Positions 50,485 through 60,750 are shown, counted from the stretch's first letter. The stretch is DNA of 64,000 bases from Candidatus Thalassarchaeaceae archaeon (GCA_030749075.1 JASMKR010000035.1:15858-79857), one strand, 5' to 3'. Notes: generated by a model not told the origin, from the sequence alone. A program made the numbers and translations.

Positions 50485-52620
50485 TCATGATTCCGAGGCG
50501 CCAGCGAAGAATGCCATGGAGTCTCGGAACAGCTCCTCCCTTCGGTACCTCTTGTTATCCCTGATCTTCAGCCATGTGAAGGCGATCGCTAGTAGTATGA
50601 CGAACGGGATGAAGGCCTCGGCGTGGTAGCGCTCCATGAACTCGATAATCCCCCTCGCGGTATAGGCCCATGTTACCGAGGCCGCGGTGCCTCCGATGAA
50701 GCAGGCGGCCAGTACCCTCCGGAAGCGCATGCGGGCTACCAGCCCGAGCATCGCGCCTACGAGAACGCCGCTCGCCATGAAGGGAATCCACACGAAGACG
50801 ATCAGGCCCCAGAAGCCGTAGCGATCGATTCGGGAGCGGTTCTTGTGAGCGACGTACTCGACCGAGGATAGGATATCGCCCATGAACGGGTTCTGCAGCA
50901 GGGCTCCGGGAATGCCTCCGCGCCTCGCCACCATCGCCTCTCCGGTCAGCTCCGCCGTACCCTGCTCGACCCTTCCCGCCACCGCCCTGTCTGCTAGGGT
51001 GGACTTCTCGTTCCTAGCGCTGACCACGAGCGCACGACCGTCGATCAGGTCTCCGAGGTCAGACTGTAACTGCTGCCTCAAGTCCCCCTGGAGGTGCTCG
51101 TAGGTCGGCTTGAACAGGAAGTATGCGAACCTTGTGACCGGGCGGTAGATAACGCGCGCGAATACGGCGTCCTCGTCGGCCATGATGGCCGCTCCGTAAT
51201 CTGCCACGTCATGCCTCTTGAACCAGCGAGCCATGCTCTCATGGAATGCCTCCTCTAGGTTCCCAAATCGCCCCATGCGAGCAAAGAAGTCGCTGTAGTC
51301 ATCAGCCATTGGGACATCTGCAGAGTCGGTGGTAAACTGGTAGACGTTCCAGCCCGGGATCTCAGTCGGCCTGGAATCGGTGCAGACCGCCTTGATTTGC
51401 AGCGGGCGCATCTCACCGAAAATGCTGAACTCCGAGAGGATGTCCTTGATAATGGTGGCCTTGACGTCGATTGGGCTTACTATCGTCCTCCTCGTGGTCT
51501 TGTAGGTAAGGTAGACATCGACTGAAATCGCCCTGTCCTGAATCATCATCGAATCGTAGTCGGGACGTATGTGAAGCCTCTCGCTCGCCGATGCGATAGT
51601 CCTCCCTATCAGGCGTCGCATCTGCTCGCTCGAGAGGAGATCGTCGGCGTCCCTATGGTAGAGTCGATGCATTAGCGGGTACTGAACACATAGGAAGAAG
51701 ATAGACATCCCCAAGGAGATAGTTGCCATGTACCATGGTGGCACTTCGGCGCTGCCGCCGGTGAGCATCGCAGTTTCCCTGCCACCGACCCATTCGGCAC
51801 CCATGAGCACCCATCCCCAGCCACCTAACCGCTGAACAGTGAAACAAGCCCTAGGCTCATCATCGAACTTCTCCATGTTCTTGTGTATCTCCGTCGACCC
51901 CCACAGCGAGGAGGTCTCCCTGCTCTCCAGAAGAATTACGATCTCCTTCGAGACGTGGATGTCTCTGCTCGCTTCAGATGAGCGAGCGAGCGAGGTCAAC
52001 TCGTGGATTGTCAAGTTGGAGAGATCAGTAGCATCGTCAGTCCAAACGAATATCTCAATGGTGACGTCATACTCCCCTTCCCCTAGGGAGTCGTAGTCCA
52101 TAGTCAGCGATAGTTCACCCACTCCACCAATCCCAAGGACAGTTTGCTCGGAGTCGTTGGATAGTGTCAGTAGCATGATAGAAGATGCCGAAGTTGGGGC
52201 GTTTTGGCTGAGAACGCGGAGGTTCTGGCTCTGGTCAATCCAAGTCTCGAACCAAATCTCCTCAGTTTTGTCAATGCAGTCGGACGAATCGAGGAAGGTT
52301 CCTGAGACCGTGTCGTCAAGCGTGATCGAGTCCCCGAACAAGAGTCCCGACGAGGTTAGGAAGACGGAGCCGAAGAAGACCGCCCCGGCAACCAGGCCGA
52401 AAACAAGGGTGTAGTCATCGAAGGTCTGGGGGATGATTGTGTTGACCATGAAGCTGTTGTCGGGATTGGTCCTCCTGTCGCGAATCCTCTTGAGTTCCAA
52501 GTCGATTCGGTCTTCCTCGATTTCCCCCTCTGGCACCTCAGTTACCTCTGGACCGGTGCCCTCTCCAACGTCGGTGGGGGGGACTTCGGGGAAACCCGGG
52601 GAACCGCCATCGCTCGACAT
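50485..52620 (-). CDS. Large membrane protein with C-terminal small-multidrug-export-like domain
   Basis: GGRE motif mid-protein; C-terminal RYGFWGLIVFVWIPF..SG...G..LG. Confidence 0.65.
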   Translation of the reverse strand: MSSDGGSPGFPEVPPTDVGEGTGPEVTEVPEGEIEEDRIDLELKRIRDRRTNPDNSFMVNTIIPQTFDDYTLVFGLVAGAVFFGSVFLTSSGLLFGDSITLDDTVSGTFLDSSDCIDKTEEIWFETWIDQSQNLRVLSQNAPTSASSIMLLTLSNDSEQTVLGIGGVGELSLTMDYDSLGEGEYDVTIEIFVWTDDATDLSNLTIHELTSLARSSEASRDIHVSKEIVILLESRETSSLWGSTEIHKNMEKFDDEPRACFTVQRLGGWGWVLMGAEWVGGRETAMLTGGSAEVPPWYMATISLGMSIFFLCVQYPLMHRLYHRDADDLLSSEQMRRLIGRTIASASERLHIRPDYDSMMIQDRAISVDVYLTYKTTRRTIVSPIDVKATIIKDILSEFSIFGEMRPLQIKAVCTDSRPTEIPGWNVYQFTTDSADVPMADDYSDFFARMGRFGNLEEAFHESMARWFKRHDVADYGAAIMADEDAVFARVIYRPVTRFAYFLFKPTYEHLQGDLRQQLQSDLGDLIDGRALVVSARNEKSTLADRAVAGRVEQGTAELTGEAMVARRGGIPGALLQNPFMGDILSSVEYVAHKNRSRIDRYGFWGLIVFVWIPFMASGVLVGAMLGLVARMRFRRVLAACFIGGTAASVTWAYTARGIIEFMERYHAEAFIPFVILLAIAFTWLKIRDNKRYRREELFRDSMAFFAGASES

Positions 52621-52790
52621 GTGAGGACATAGGATGATGGGGGTATATCTGTTGTTTGCAATGCCTCTCTGGCATCACTTGGGGCATGCGTGGGAACCGC
52701 CTCTCCAAATCACAAAGCAATTGCCCCCCCAGCAGGAAATTTCTTCATCTGAATGGCAATTTTAATGTCCTCCTACATAGTAGGAGGAGC

Positions 52791-55700
52791 ATGCCTAGTG
52801 GTAACGGGGCGCGGGTCCACCTGTCTCTCCTTCTCACTTCACTGATGGTTTTCCCCACATTGTTGTCTGTCGCCGCACTAACCCTAGAGCCGCAGACAGG
52901 TGATCTAGATTCGAAATCTTCAGGAGTCTCAAAGAACGGACCTAGGGCCTACTATAGCGAATTGGGCATCCCTCAAATTAACGATCCTTCACATGGATGG
53001 TGGAATTCAGACGGCGTTGGTGAGGCCTTGCTCTACCACCGGAAGGCAACCTACGTCCCCATTGAGGATTGGCAAACCACTACGGGAGAGCGCGTTCTTT
53101 CGGGATGGCATGTCCTAGGGCACGAGTACCCCATACCTAGCAATTGGAAGGATGACCTTAGCGAGATGGGGATTGAGTGTCAGACCTTTTACTCGCCCCA
53201 AGGATTCCACTGTGATGTTCCCGACCTTTCGGGCGGAGATCTGATGGAAGCCGGAGTCATAGGGGCCTTTCGACTAGATCCAACCGACAAGCTCGCTCCC
53301 GATGTGCTACCCCTGATCTGGGGAATGGTGGAATCTAACGCGATTATGGAGGGAGACCTGTTCGTGATCAATGTCCTGCTTTCCGGGGATTTCAATCGGG
53401 GCGATATCCTGTCAAGTCCTATCGACTTGAGAGAAATGTACGCAGGTAGGTTGGCCAAGATAGTTGCAGACGAGAAGGGGATGGAGTGGCTTGTGAACCA
53501 AGATTTCGTCGAGTGGATCGAACCGGATTATCCCGTACAGTTGTCCAACGACGAAGCTGCAGAAATCATCAATGTTGATTGGGTCGGTGACCCGTCGAAT
53601 ATGGGTGGTCCGCTGAACACCCTTTCGGGTTCGGGAGTTATCGTCGCGGTGGCGGACTCCGGCTTGGATACGGCAGAGTCGTGCGGCAGTACGATTAGTT
53701 ACGCCGCCAGTTTGTTAGATTGCAACTCGAAAAACGGCGACGTTCTCGATGACTTTGTAGGAAGGATTGCCTCGGTTCAGTCCTTCCATGGTTCTTGCTC
53801 GGATGACGGGCCCAGTGACGATCATGGGCATGGCACACACGTCACTGGATCGGTTCTGGGGGATGGTTCCAACTCTCTTCCAGATGGCGAGAACTTCGCT
53901 GGAATGGCCCCAGATGCCAACTTATACATGCAAGCGATCAAGTGCGGTGGCTCCCTGTACCCCCCATCCGACTACGAAAACGACCTGTTCCTTCCTGCTT
54001 ATGAGTTTGGGGCCAGAGTCCATACCAACTCATGGGGCACAGGTCCCTCCGGAAGCACCCCCAACTACTACAGCTCATCCACACTGATGGTCGACGAGGC
54101 GGCCTATGAGATGGACGACATGGTCATCCTCTACGCTATGGGGAACGATGGATCAGATGATAACTCGAACGGCGAGATTGACCTGGAATTCATGAACAGG
54201 CAAGCGACTGCGAAGAACATACTCTCCATAGGTGCCTCGGAGAACTTCAGACCGACTCTGACTGGAAGCACATGGGGCACCGCGAACAGTGACAACTGGG
54301 GGGCTTCGCCAATCAGCAGCGATTACCTTGCAAACAACATTGAGGGTCTGGCTGCATTCTCCAACCGAGGACCGACCGACGATGGCAGGATAAAGCCCGA
54401 CCTTGTAGCCCCTGGGACATATATCATCTCCACTAGGTCCGCTGAATCCGGCGCCAGCTGTATTGAAACTGGTTACGAAAACTACTGCTACAATCAGGGA
54501 ACATCCATGGCGACTCCGATTACCGCAGGCTCGACCGCACTGATACTGGAGTACCTCAACAATCAGGGCTACACTGACGATTTCACCAAGTCCAATGACC
54601 CAGCATCTGCCATGGTGAAGGCTATGATGGCGTCAGGGGCCCACGATATGGAAGGGCAGTACAGCACCGGCGGTGATGGTAAGAACGGGGCTGCAGACTC
54701 CGCGCCAAATCCTCATGAGGGCTGGGGCTTACTTGATCTCCAAGGGACTGTCGGGACATCCTTCATGGATGGAATCAGTATCGCTACTCAGGAGAGTCAC
54801 TCGATGAGGCTGACCGTTCCGGTCGGTATCCCTGAGTTCCGCGTTGTTCTCTCTTGGAATGACCCTCCTAACTCACCCTCAGCGGGCAAGCAACTTATCA
54901 ACGACCTAGACATTTTCCTGAAGAACCCCAGCGGTGCCACCTTCAATTACGTTAACGACGATGTAAACAACTTGGTTGGAGTGACTGTAGAAAGCCCAGA
55001 TGCTGGTGACTGGGAGGTTATTATCAACGGCGCCAACGTTGCCGATGGCCCGCAAATCTACTACGTCGCCGTGAGCAATGGACTCGTTATCACCGACATG
55101 AGGCATCCGGTTTCCGATACCCTCAACATCGCTGGTTTCCAATCTGGTTCCATTTTCACCGAGACCACGGTATCTGTTGGCGGGAACCACATATGCGCTA
55201 TTATCGACGATTCGTCCCTACAGTGCTGGGGTGACAACTCGTTTGGGCAAGTAGGGGATGGGACCACCACAGACAGGTTGACTATGACCTCTGTAGCACT
55301 GGACTCCGGCAGAACTGCAGTGTCCGTAAGCACGGGGGAGTCCTACACCTGCGCCACACTCGACGACTCGAGCCTGAGGTGCTGGGGGAGGAACAATAAG
55401 GGGCAGTTGGGAGATGGTACCACCACCAACTCCATTTCCCCTGTTTCCGTCGGTCTCGGTGGCTTCCCAGTCCAGGTTTCCTCAGGTCTAAGGCATACCT
55501 GCGCTGTTCTGACTGATGCCAGTTTGAAATGTTGGGGGGACAATGCGAACGGCCAGCTAGGTATCGGGTCAAACTCGGATAGCAGCACTCCAGTTACAGT
55601 CAGTTTCAGCGGTGGCAAGAAAGTGCTTGCTGTCTCCACTGGGGCTGCTCATACCTGTGCGGTGCTGGATGACAGGAGCCTGCAATGCTGGGGCGAGAAC

Positions 55701-58700
55701 GGGGATGGCCAACTTGGAATTGGGACTAATTCCGATAGCGATTCTCCGTCTGAAGTAACTGTAGGGGGCTATGTTGTTGCTGTCTCGGCAGGGGGGTCAC
55801 ATACCTGTGCTCTGATGGTAAACCAGGATCTCAAGTGCTGGGGCAGCAATAGCCAGGGCCAACTCGGGAGCGGGGACCAAGTTTCCCAGAACTCGCCAAC
55901 AACAGCAGTTCTTTCAGAAGTAATTTCTATTGATGTTGGGGGCGAACACTCGTGTGCGGTCAACCTCACCCAAACGTTGTACTGCTGGGGTGCGAATTCG
56001 GGCGGTCAGGTCGGGGATGGAACAACCAGTACCGCTACCTCGCCAACTATGATTAGCGTGGGTTCCTCATTGGGTGCAATATCAGTTTCCGCGGGTGGCT
56101 CTTTCTCTTGTGTCACGGCTAGCAACGACCTTCTAAGCTGCTGGGGCGGAGCGAGTTCGGATTCGATTTCAATAGGATCTTCGCCTAGCGAGATCGAGTT
56201 ATCACGCTGGACATACATCAATTCCGCGGAGAGAGATTTGGACGATGATGGGTCGCTGAACCTTTTCGACACTCATGGACCGGGGGACAATGATGGTGAT
56301 GGCTTCCCATCAGGGTCAAATGATGTGGATGACAGCAACCCCGCAAGAGCCGCTGACTGTAGTCCCGGCTCCTATGGCAGGTACATCTGCAAGGTGGCAA
56401 CTGTCGGATTCTTCGTCAGCGACCCGGGTAGCCTTGTGATGACGCCGGCCAGTTCTGGGCACTACGTCGATACTGACGGGGCTTCAATCGACACGCCCTG
56501 CGCGGTTGGAACATACCAAGAACGAACTGGTCAGACCTCATGCGACCCGTCGCGAGCTGGATACTACGTCGATCTGGAGGGGCAATCATCCGATACCCCC
56601 TGTCCGGGAGGTAAGTTCAACCCAAATACTGGTTCCATGTCTGAAGAAGACTGCACGGGGTCGGAACCGGGCTACAACGTGCCCATCCTAACCCAAATAA
56701 GTTCTGGCTCTTTCCATACATGCGCTATCCTCGACGACGGTTCGGTGAGTTGCTGGGGAGACAACGCGAATGGGCAACTGGGTGACGGCACTAGATCTGG
56801 GCACACCTCTCCGGAAACTGTCCTGCTACCTTTGGGCAAGTCCGCAGTAGCTATTTCCTCTGGATCATACCACACTTGCGCCGTCTTGGATGACGGTTCT
56901 CTACGGTGTTGGGGTAACAATGAATTCGGCCAACTCGGTGATGAAACTACAATCGAGAGGATTAGCCCAGTAAGTGTTGACCTCGGCTCGGGGAGGACTG
57001 CTGCGAGCGTGTCAGCTGGCGAGTCACATACCTGTGCTGTGCTCGATGATTCAAGCGTGAAGTGCTGGGGGGAGAATAGCAACGGGCAGCTGGGAGATGG
57101 AACTAGTACGAACCGCTTCAGCCCTGTTTCGATAGGGCTGGGTGACGGCAATACGGCCGTATCGGTGTCTTCGGGCTCTTACCATACCTGCGCCATTACG
57201 GACGAAAGGATGGTGAAGTGCTGGGGCGACAACTGGCATGGGCAATTGGGAGACGGCAGTACTGGAGACCGGTTTTCCCCTACGAAAATCGATTTGCCGA
57301 TTAATAGCAGCGCTGTGACCCTGTCATCTGGCTCTTTCCACACCTGCGTGGGCCTCAATGATGGATCCATGTTCTGTTGGGGATACAATGCATATGGGCA
57401 ACTTGGTAACGGGAACATGTCGAATAGCCACTCACCCTCTGCAGTGGGATTGATCGAGTCAGAATCCCCCACTCAAGTCTCTATTGGAATGTATCACAGC
57501 TGTGCACTTTTCGACAGCGGCAGCGTATCCTGCTGGGGCGGGAACTCAGAGGGACAGCTCGGGGATGGAGGTCAGATTGAAAGTTTGATTCCCCAAACCG
57601 TCGCCCTTCCCGCAGGAAAGGACGCGCTTTCAATCTCGATAGGGCAACGGCACTCCTGCGCTATTCTGAACGATGCGACTCTCTATTGTTGGGGCTACAA
57701 TGCCAACGGGCAACTCGGGGATGGAGGGACGACGAATCGCCTTTTGCCATCCAACATTGACTTGCGACATGGGTCAAGCGCCCAGATAGCATGCTCCCCG
57801 GGGACATTCCAGCCTAATGCGTCACAGACTTCTTGCATTCTCGCTGACAGGGGGTATAGCGTCCCCCTACAGGCTTCGCTCAATCAGACTGGCTGTACCA
57901 AGGGATACTATTCGAGTCTGAGGGGTCAGGAGTCATGCATTATGGCCTCGATTGGTTATTACGTGGACGAGAACCTAGCTGACTCACAAACTGCCTGTCC
58001 TCCGTTCAACTCCACTGTACAACGAGGTTCGAACAACTTCGATCTATGCAAGCCCGACTTCGACGGTGACATGTCTCCAGATGTGATTGATCTGGATGAC
58101 GATGCCGACGGCGTGGAGGATCGCTACGACTTCGATCCACTCGACCCTGAGGTCTCTATTGACTCCGACGGGGACTCGATTCCCGATAGCCTGGATAGCG
58201 ATGACGACAACGACGGCGTGAACGACACCACTGACAAATTTCCATACAACCAAGACGAATGGGAGGACAAGGACGAGGATGGAGTGGGGGACAACAGCGA
58301 CAACGATGACGATAACGACGGACGAGAAGACTCATTCGACGTGTTCCCCAACGATCCCGCGGAATGGTCGGATTTCGACGGGGACGGCATTGGCGACAAT
58401 GCCGATGAGGACGACGACAACGACGGCGTCAACGATGTTGACAACGACCCCTATGCCGATTTGGATGACGCGTTCCCGCTCGACAGTACGGAATGGATAG
58501 ATACCGATGACGACAGCATCGGCAACAACGCCGACACCGATGATGACGGGGACGGTTTCGATGATGAATTGGATGCGTTCCCTCTCGACCCAACGGAGTG
58601 GCTCGACAGTGATGGTGACACTTTCGGTGACAATTTCGACTGGGACGACAACAATCCATTCGAGTGGATGGATTCGGATGGAGATCAGATTGGTGATAAC

Positions 58701-59123
58701 TCGGACGAATGCCCTGATGAACAAGGATTGAACTCTAGCTTCGAGAACTTCGCTCACAAGTTGGCGTTGCCCGGAAACAAACTCGGATGCCCTCTTTTCG
58801 AAGGAGAGGTCGTGGTTGAGGAAGAAGAGATTGGTTTCACACTCTCAGACGTCGATGTCACGGATACCGACGGTGACGGTACAGTGGACCTCTTCGATCC
58901 CGACGATGATAATGACGGGATTCCTGATGAGGAGGATGGTAAGTTGGATCGGCGGACTGGCGAAGGGAAGTTCTCGAAGGACCCAACTAGGCCATTCGGA
59001 CAGAATACTTGGATTGTTATCTTGTTGAGCTTCGTATTCATCTCCATGATGGGACTCCGGTTATTCAGTTGGAAGAAAAGGAAGTTTGCTACGCTGAAGT
59101 CAAAGAGAATCAGGCTAGGATAA
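52791..59123 (+). CDS. Giant surface S8 protease with RCC1 repeats, Cys-rich repeats, acidic Ca-binding repeats and C-terminal TM
   Basis: AGGAGG RBS before ATG 52791; VADSG, HGTHV, GTSMATP; repeated HTCA.LDD.S..CWG.N..GQLG; CP.G.Y/F repeats; D.D.DG..D..D.FP.D..EW repeats; TM + basic tail. Confidence 0.92.
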   Translation: MPSGNGARVHLSLLLTSLMVFPTLLSVAALTLEPQTGDLDSKSSGVSKNGPRAYYSELGIPQINDPSHGWWNSDGVGEALLYHRKATYVPIEDWQTTTGERVLSGWHVLGHEYPIPSNWKDDLSEMGIECQTFYSPQGFHCDVPDLSGGDLMEAGVIGAFRLDPTDKLAPDVLPLIWGMVESNAIMEGDLFVINVLLSGDFNRGDILSSPIDLREMYAGRLAKIVADEKGMEWLVNQDFVEWIEPDYPVQLSNDEAAEIINVDWVGDPSNMGGPLNTLSGSGVIVAVADSGLDTAESCGSTISYAASLLDCNSKNGDVLDDFVGRIASVQSFHGSCSDDGPSDDHGHGTHVTGSVLGDGSNSLPDGENFAGMAPDANLYMQAIKCGGSLYPPSDYENDLFLPAYEFGARVHTNSWGTGPSGSTPNYYSSSTLMVDEAAYEMDDMVILYAMGNDGSDDNSNGEIDLEFMNRQATAKNILSIGASENFRPTLTGSTWGTANSDNWGASPISSDYLANNIEGLAAFSNRGPTDDGRIKPDLVAPGTYIISTRSAESGASCIETGYENYCYNQGTSMATPITAGSTALILEYLNNQGYTDDFTKSNDPASAMVKAMMASGAHDMEGQYSTGGDGKNGAADSAPNPHEGWGLLDLQGTVGTSFMDGISIATQESHSMRLTVPVGIPEFRVVLSWNDPPNSPSAGKQLINDLDIFLKNPSGATFNYVNDDVNNLVGVTVESPDAGDWEVIINGANVADGPQIYYVAVSNGLVITDMRHPVSDTLNIAGFQSGSIFTETTVSVGGNHICAIIDDSSLQCWGDNSFGQVGDGTTTDRLTMTSVALDSGRTAVSVSTGESYTCATLDDSSLRCWGRNNKGQLGDGTTTNSISPVSVGLGGFPVQVSSGLRHTCAVLTDASLKCWGDNANGQLGIGSNSDSSTPVTVSFSGGKKVLAVSTGAAHTCAVLDDRSLQCWGENGDGQLGIGTNSDSDSPSEVTVGGYVVAVSAGGSHTCALMVNQDLKCWGSNSQGQLGSGDQVSQNSPTTAVLSEVISIDVGGEHSCAVNLTQTLYCWGANSGGQVGDGTTSTATSPTMISVGSSLGAISVSAGGSFSCVTASNDLLSCWGGASSDSISIGSSPSEIELSRWTYINSAERDLDDDGSLNLFDTHGPGDNDGDGFPSGSNDVDDSNPARAADCSPGSYGRYICKVATVGFFVSDPGSLVMTPASSGHYVDTDGASIDTPCAVGTYQERTGQTSCDPSRAGYYVDLEGQSSDTPCPGGKFNPNTGSMSEEDCTGSEPGYNVPILTQISSGSFHTCAILDDGSVSCWGDNANGQLGDGTRSGHTSPETVLLPLGKSAVAISSGSYHTCAVLDDGSLRCWGNNEFGQLGDETTIERISPVSVDLGSGRTAASVSAGESHTCAVLDDSSVKCWGENSNGQLGDGTSTNRFSPVSIGLGDGNTAVSVSSGSYHTCAITDERMVKCWGDNWHGQLGDGSTGDRFSPTKIDLPINSSAVTLSSGSFHTCVGLNDGSMFCWGYNAYGQLGNGNMSNSHSPSAVGLIESESPTQVSIGMYHSCALFDSGSVSCWGGNSEGQLGDGGQIESLIPQTVALPAGKDALSISIGQRHSCAILNDATLYCWGYNANGQLGDGGTTNRLLPSNIDLRHGSSAQIACSPGTFQPNASQTSCILADRGYSVPLQASLNQTGCTKGYYSSLRGQESCIMASIGYYVDENLADSQTACPPFNSTVQRGSNNFDLCKPDFDGDMSPDVIDLDDDADGVEDRYDFDPLDPEVSIDSDGDSIPDSLDSDDDNDGVNDTTDKFPYNQDEWEDKDEDGVGDNSDNDDDNDGREDSFDVFPNDPAEWSDFDGDGIGDNADEDDDNDGVNDVDNDPYADLDDAFPLDSTEWIDTDDDSIGNNADTDDDGDGFDDELDAFPLDPTEWLDSDGDTFGDNFDWDDNNPFEWMDSDGDQIGDNSDECPDEQGLNSSFENFAHKLALPGNKLGCPLFEGEVVVEEEEIGFTLSDVDVTDTDGDGTVDLFDPDDDNDGIPDEEDGKLDRRTGEGKFSKDPTRPFGQNTWIVILLSFVFISMMGLRLFSWKKRKFATLKSKRIRLG
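55160..57770 (+). repeat. Two blocks of RCC1-like repeats (approx. 55160-56200 and 56690-57770) within the giant protease
   Basis: About 50-aa CWG.N..GQLG units; boundaries approximate. Confidence 0.85.
58050..58940 (+). repeat. Thrombospondin type-3-like Asp-rich Ca-binding repeats
   Basis: Repeated DxDxDG..D..DxFP.D..EW units. Confidence 0.8.
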
Positions 59124-59137
59124 ACAGTGCGCCACAG

Positions 59138-59222
59138 TGGTGCAGGGGGCAGGATTCGAACCTGCGAAGCACTACGCACAGCGACCTGAACGCTGCCCCT
59201 TTGACCACTCGGGTACCCCTGC
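59138..59222 (-). tRNA. tRNA-Leu(CAG)
   Basis: Minus strand GCAGGGG...CAGCG-TTCAGGT-CGCTG...GTTCGAATC...CCCCTGCACCA; long variable arm; encoded CCA. Confidence 0.95.
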
Positions 59223-59281
59223 TCAAATTGGCGCTGCTACTGTGGGACTTCAATGCAACGCAATGGGAAAGGAATGGTGAA

Positions 59282-59366
59282 TGGTGCAGGGGACAGGATT
59301 CGAACCTGCGAAGCACTACGCACTGGGACCTAAACCCAGCCCCTTTGACCACTCGGGTACCCCTGC
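59282..59366 (-). tRNA. tRNA-Leu(TAG)
   Basis: Minus strand GCAGGGG...CTGGG-TTTAGGT-CCCAG...GTTCGAATC...CCCCTGCACCA. Confidence 0.95.
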
Positions 59367-59458
59367 TTGGTACCGTCCGAATAATTCCTCACCAAGAAGG
59401 CAACGGATGCGCGATAGTCAGCCCCATAGTGTCATAACCGGACTGCTTCGCCTCAAAG

Positions 59459-60481
59459 ATGGCTCGAATGGCACGAATAGGCATACTCGGTCTAGGTAAC
59501 TGGGGTACGGCCCTAGCTCATGTCTGGTGCAAGGATGGTCACAATGTTCTAGGCTGGACCATAGAGCAAGAAGTCTACGAGTCCCTCATGACGAAGAGTG
59601 AGAACGAGAAGTACCTGCCTGGTTATGAGATTCCCCATCTACAATCCACAATGAATATCGCCGACGTCACGGAGACTTGCGAAATCATAGTCCTAGCACT
59701 GCCCAGCGGTGCCATACTGGAGGTTATCGACGATTTGATTCCCCATCTTCGTCCATCGCACCTTCTAATCGATCTAGCGAAAGGGCTTGCCCCGAGGGAA
59801 GGGGGTGGTTCGGGAATGATCTCAGACGCGATAGAGAAGAGGCTTGCAACGGCCGAAATGTCTAATCCGGTTGTGGTGATGACAGGGCCCACCATCGCAA
59901 CGGAAGTGGCTCGTGGCGTCATGACCAACGCGCTGGTGGCGTGTCATGACAGGAGCGTGGCAGAGCGCGTAGCGGAGCGCCTCTCTACTGATTCACTGAT
60001 CCTGACACCGGCAGAGGATCCGTTGGGTGCCGAACTGTGGGGGGCGTACAAGAATGCTGTGGCGCTTGCCTGTGGACTAGTGGATGGGCTCAAGGAATCC
60101 ATAGGCGGTGATAATCTGAAAGCCGCGCTCGTTCTCTCTGGATACAGCGAGGGCATAGGGCTGCTGGGCGCCATGGGGGCTGATCCCGAGACTGCATTTG
60201 GACCGGCTGGAATAGGGGACCTGTACGTGACTGCAACCAGCCCTCGCAGCCGGAACCGGACGCTCGGGGAGAAGCTGGGCTCGGGGAAGAGCCTAGAGCA
60301 GGCTCTGAAAGAGATGCACATGGTGGCAGAAGGGGTGCGCGCAACACGGATGTTCCTCAGGAGGTCGGAGGATTTGGGTCATCAAACCCCGTTCCTCCAA
60401 TCTCTAGGAAGCCTGCTGGACGGAGAGATTGGCGTCGAGAAGGCAATCAGACTGATGGTAGAGGCCTACGGCAACCAATGA
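59459..60481 (+). CDS. gpsA: NAD(P)H-dependent glycerol-3-phosphate dehydrogenase
   Basis: GLGNWGTALA, N.KYLPG, AKG, TGP..A.EV, GAYKNAVA, GDN.KAA, AGIGDL..T..S..SRN, VAEG. Confidence 0.92.
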   Translation: MARMARIGILGLGNWGTALAHVWCKDGHNVLGWTIEQEVYESLMTKSENEKYLPGYEIPHLQSTMNIADVTETCEIIVLALPSGAILEVIDDLIPHLRPSHLLIDLAKGLAPREGGGSGMISDAIEKRLATAEMSNPVVVMTGPTIATEVARGVMTNALVACHDRSVAERVAERLSTDSLILTPAEDPLGAELWGAYKNAVALACGLVDGLKESIGGDNLKAALVLSGYSEGIGLLGAMGADPETAFGPAGIGDLYVTATSPRSRNRTLGEKLGSGKSLEQALKEMHMVAEGVRATRMFLRRSEDLGHQTPFLQSLGSLLDGEIGVEKAIRLMVEAYGNQ

Positions 60482-60522
60482 GGGGGCAGGGTTGATTGCC
60501 TGTACTCCATACGAGAGACAGA

Positions 60523-60750
60523 ATGGCAATAGAGGACCTCACAGACTTCGAGCTCCGGCTACTGAAGTGGATCTCGGCATCAGACTTCGTGGAGGTTCCA
60601 TGGTCCACTAAGCGTGCGGCTGAAGCTTTCAAGGTCGAAGAGAAGGAGGTTTACGAGGCACTAGCCGCACTGACCTTCAAGGTCCGCGACAACATCCAAA
60701 TTTTCTACGATGACGGGGCGATCAGAATGGTCGGAGATGACGTCTCCTAG
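60523..60750 (+). CDS. Small hypothetical protein, possible winged-helix fold
   Basis: 75 aa; LTDFE..LL..I, WST..AAEAF.V....VYEAL..L pattern. Confidence 0.6.
   Translation: MAIEDLTDFELRLLKWISASDFVEVPWSTKRAAEAFKVEEKEVYEALAALTFKVRDNIQIFYDDGAIRMVGDDVS

Noticed and set aside
59211..59363. GGGTACCC palindromes resembling the core of the operator at 63374
   Set aside because: They lie inside the tRNA 5' ends and lack the TTT/TAAA arms.
59009..59499. ORFs with the repeated peptide WCRGQDSNLRSTTH, or a possible CRISPR-like repeat
   Set aside because: These are translations of the two tandem tRNA-Leu genes.
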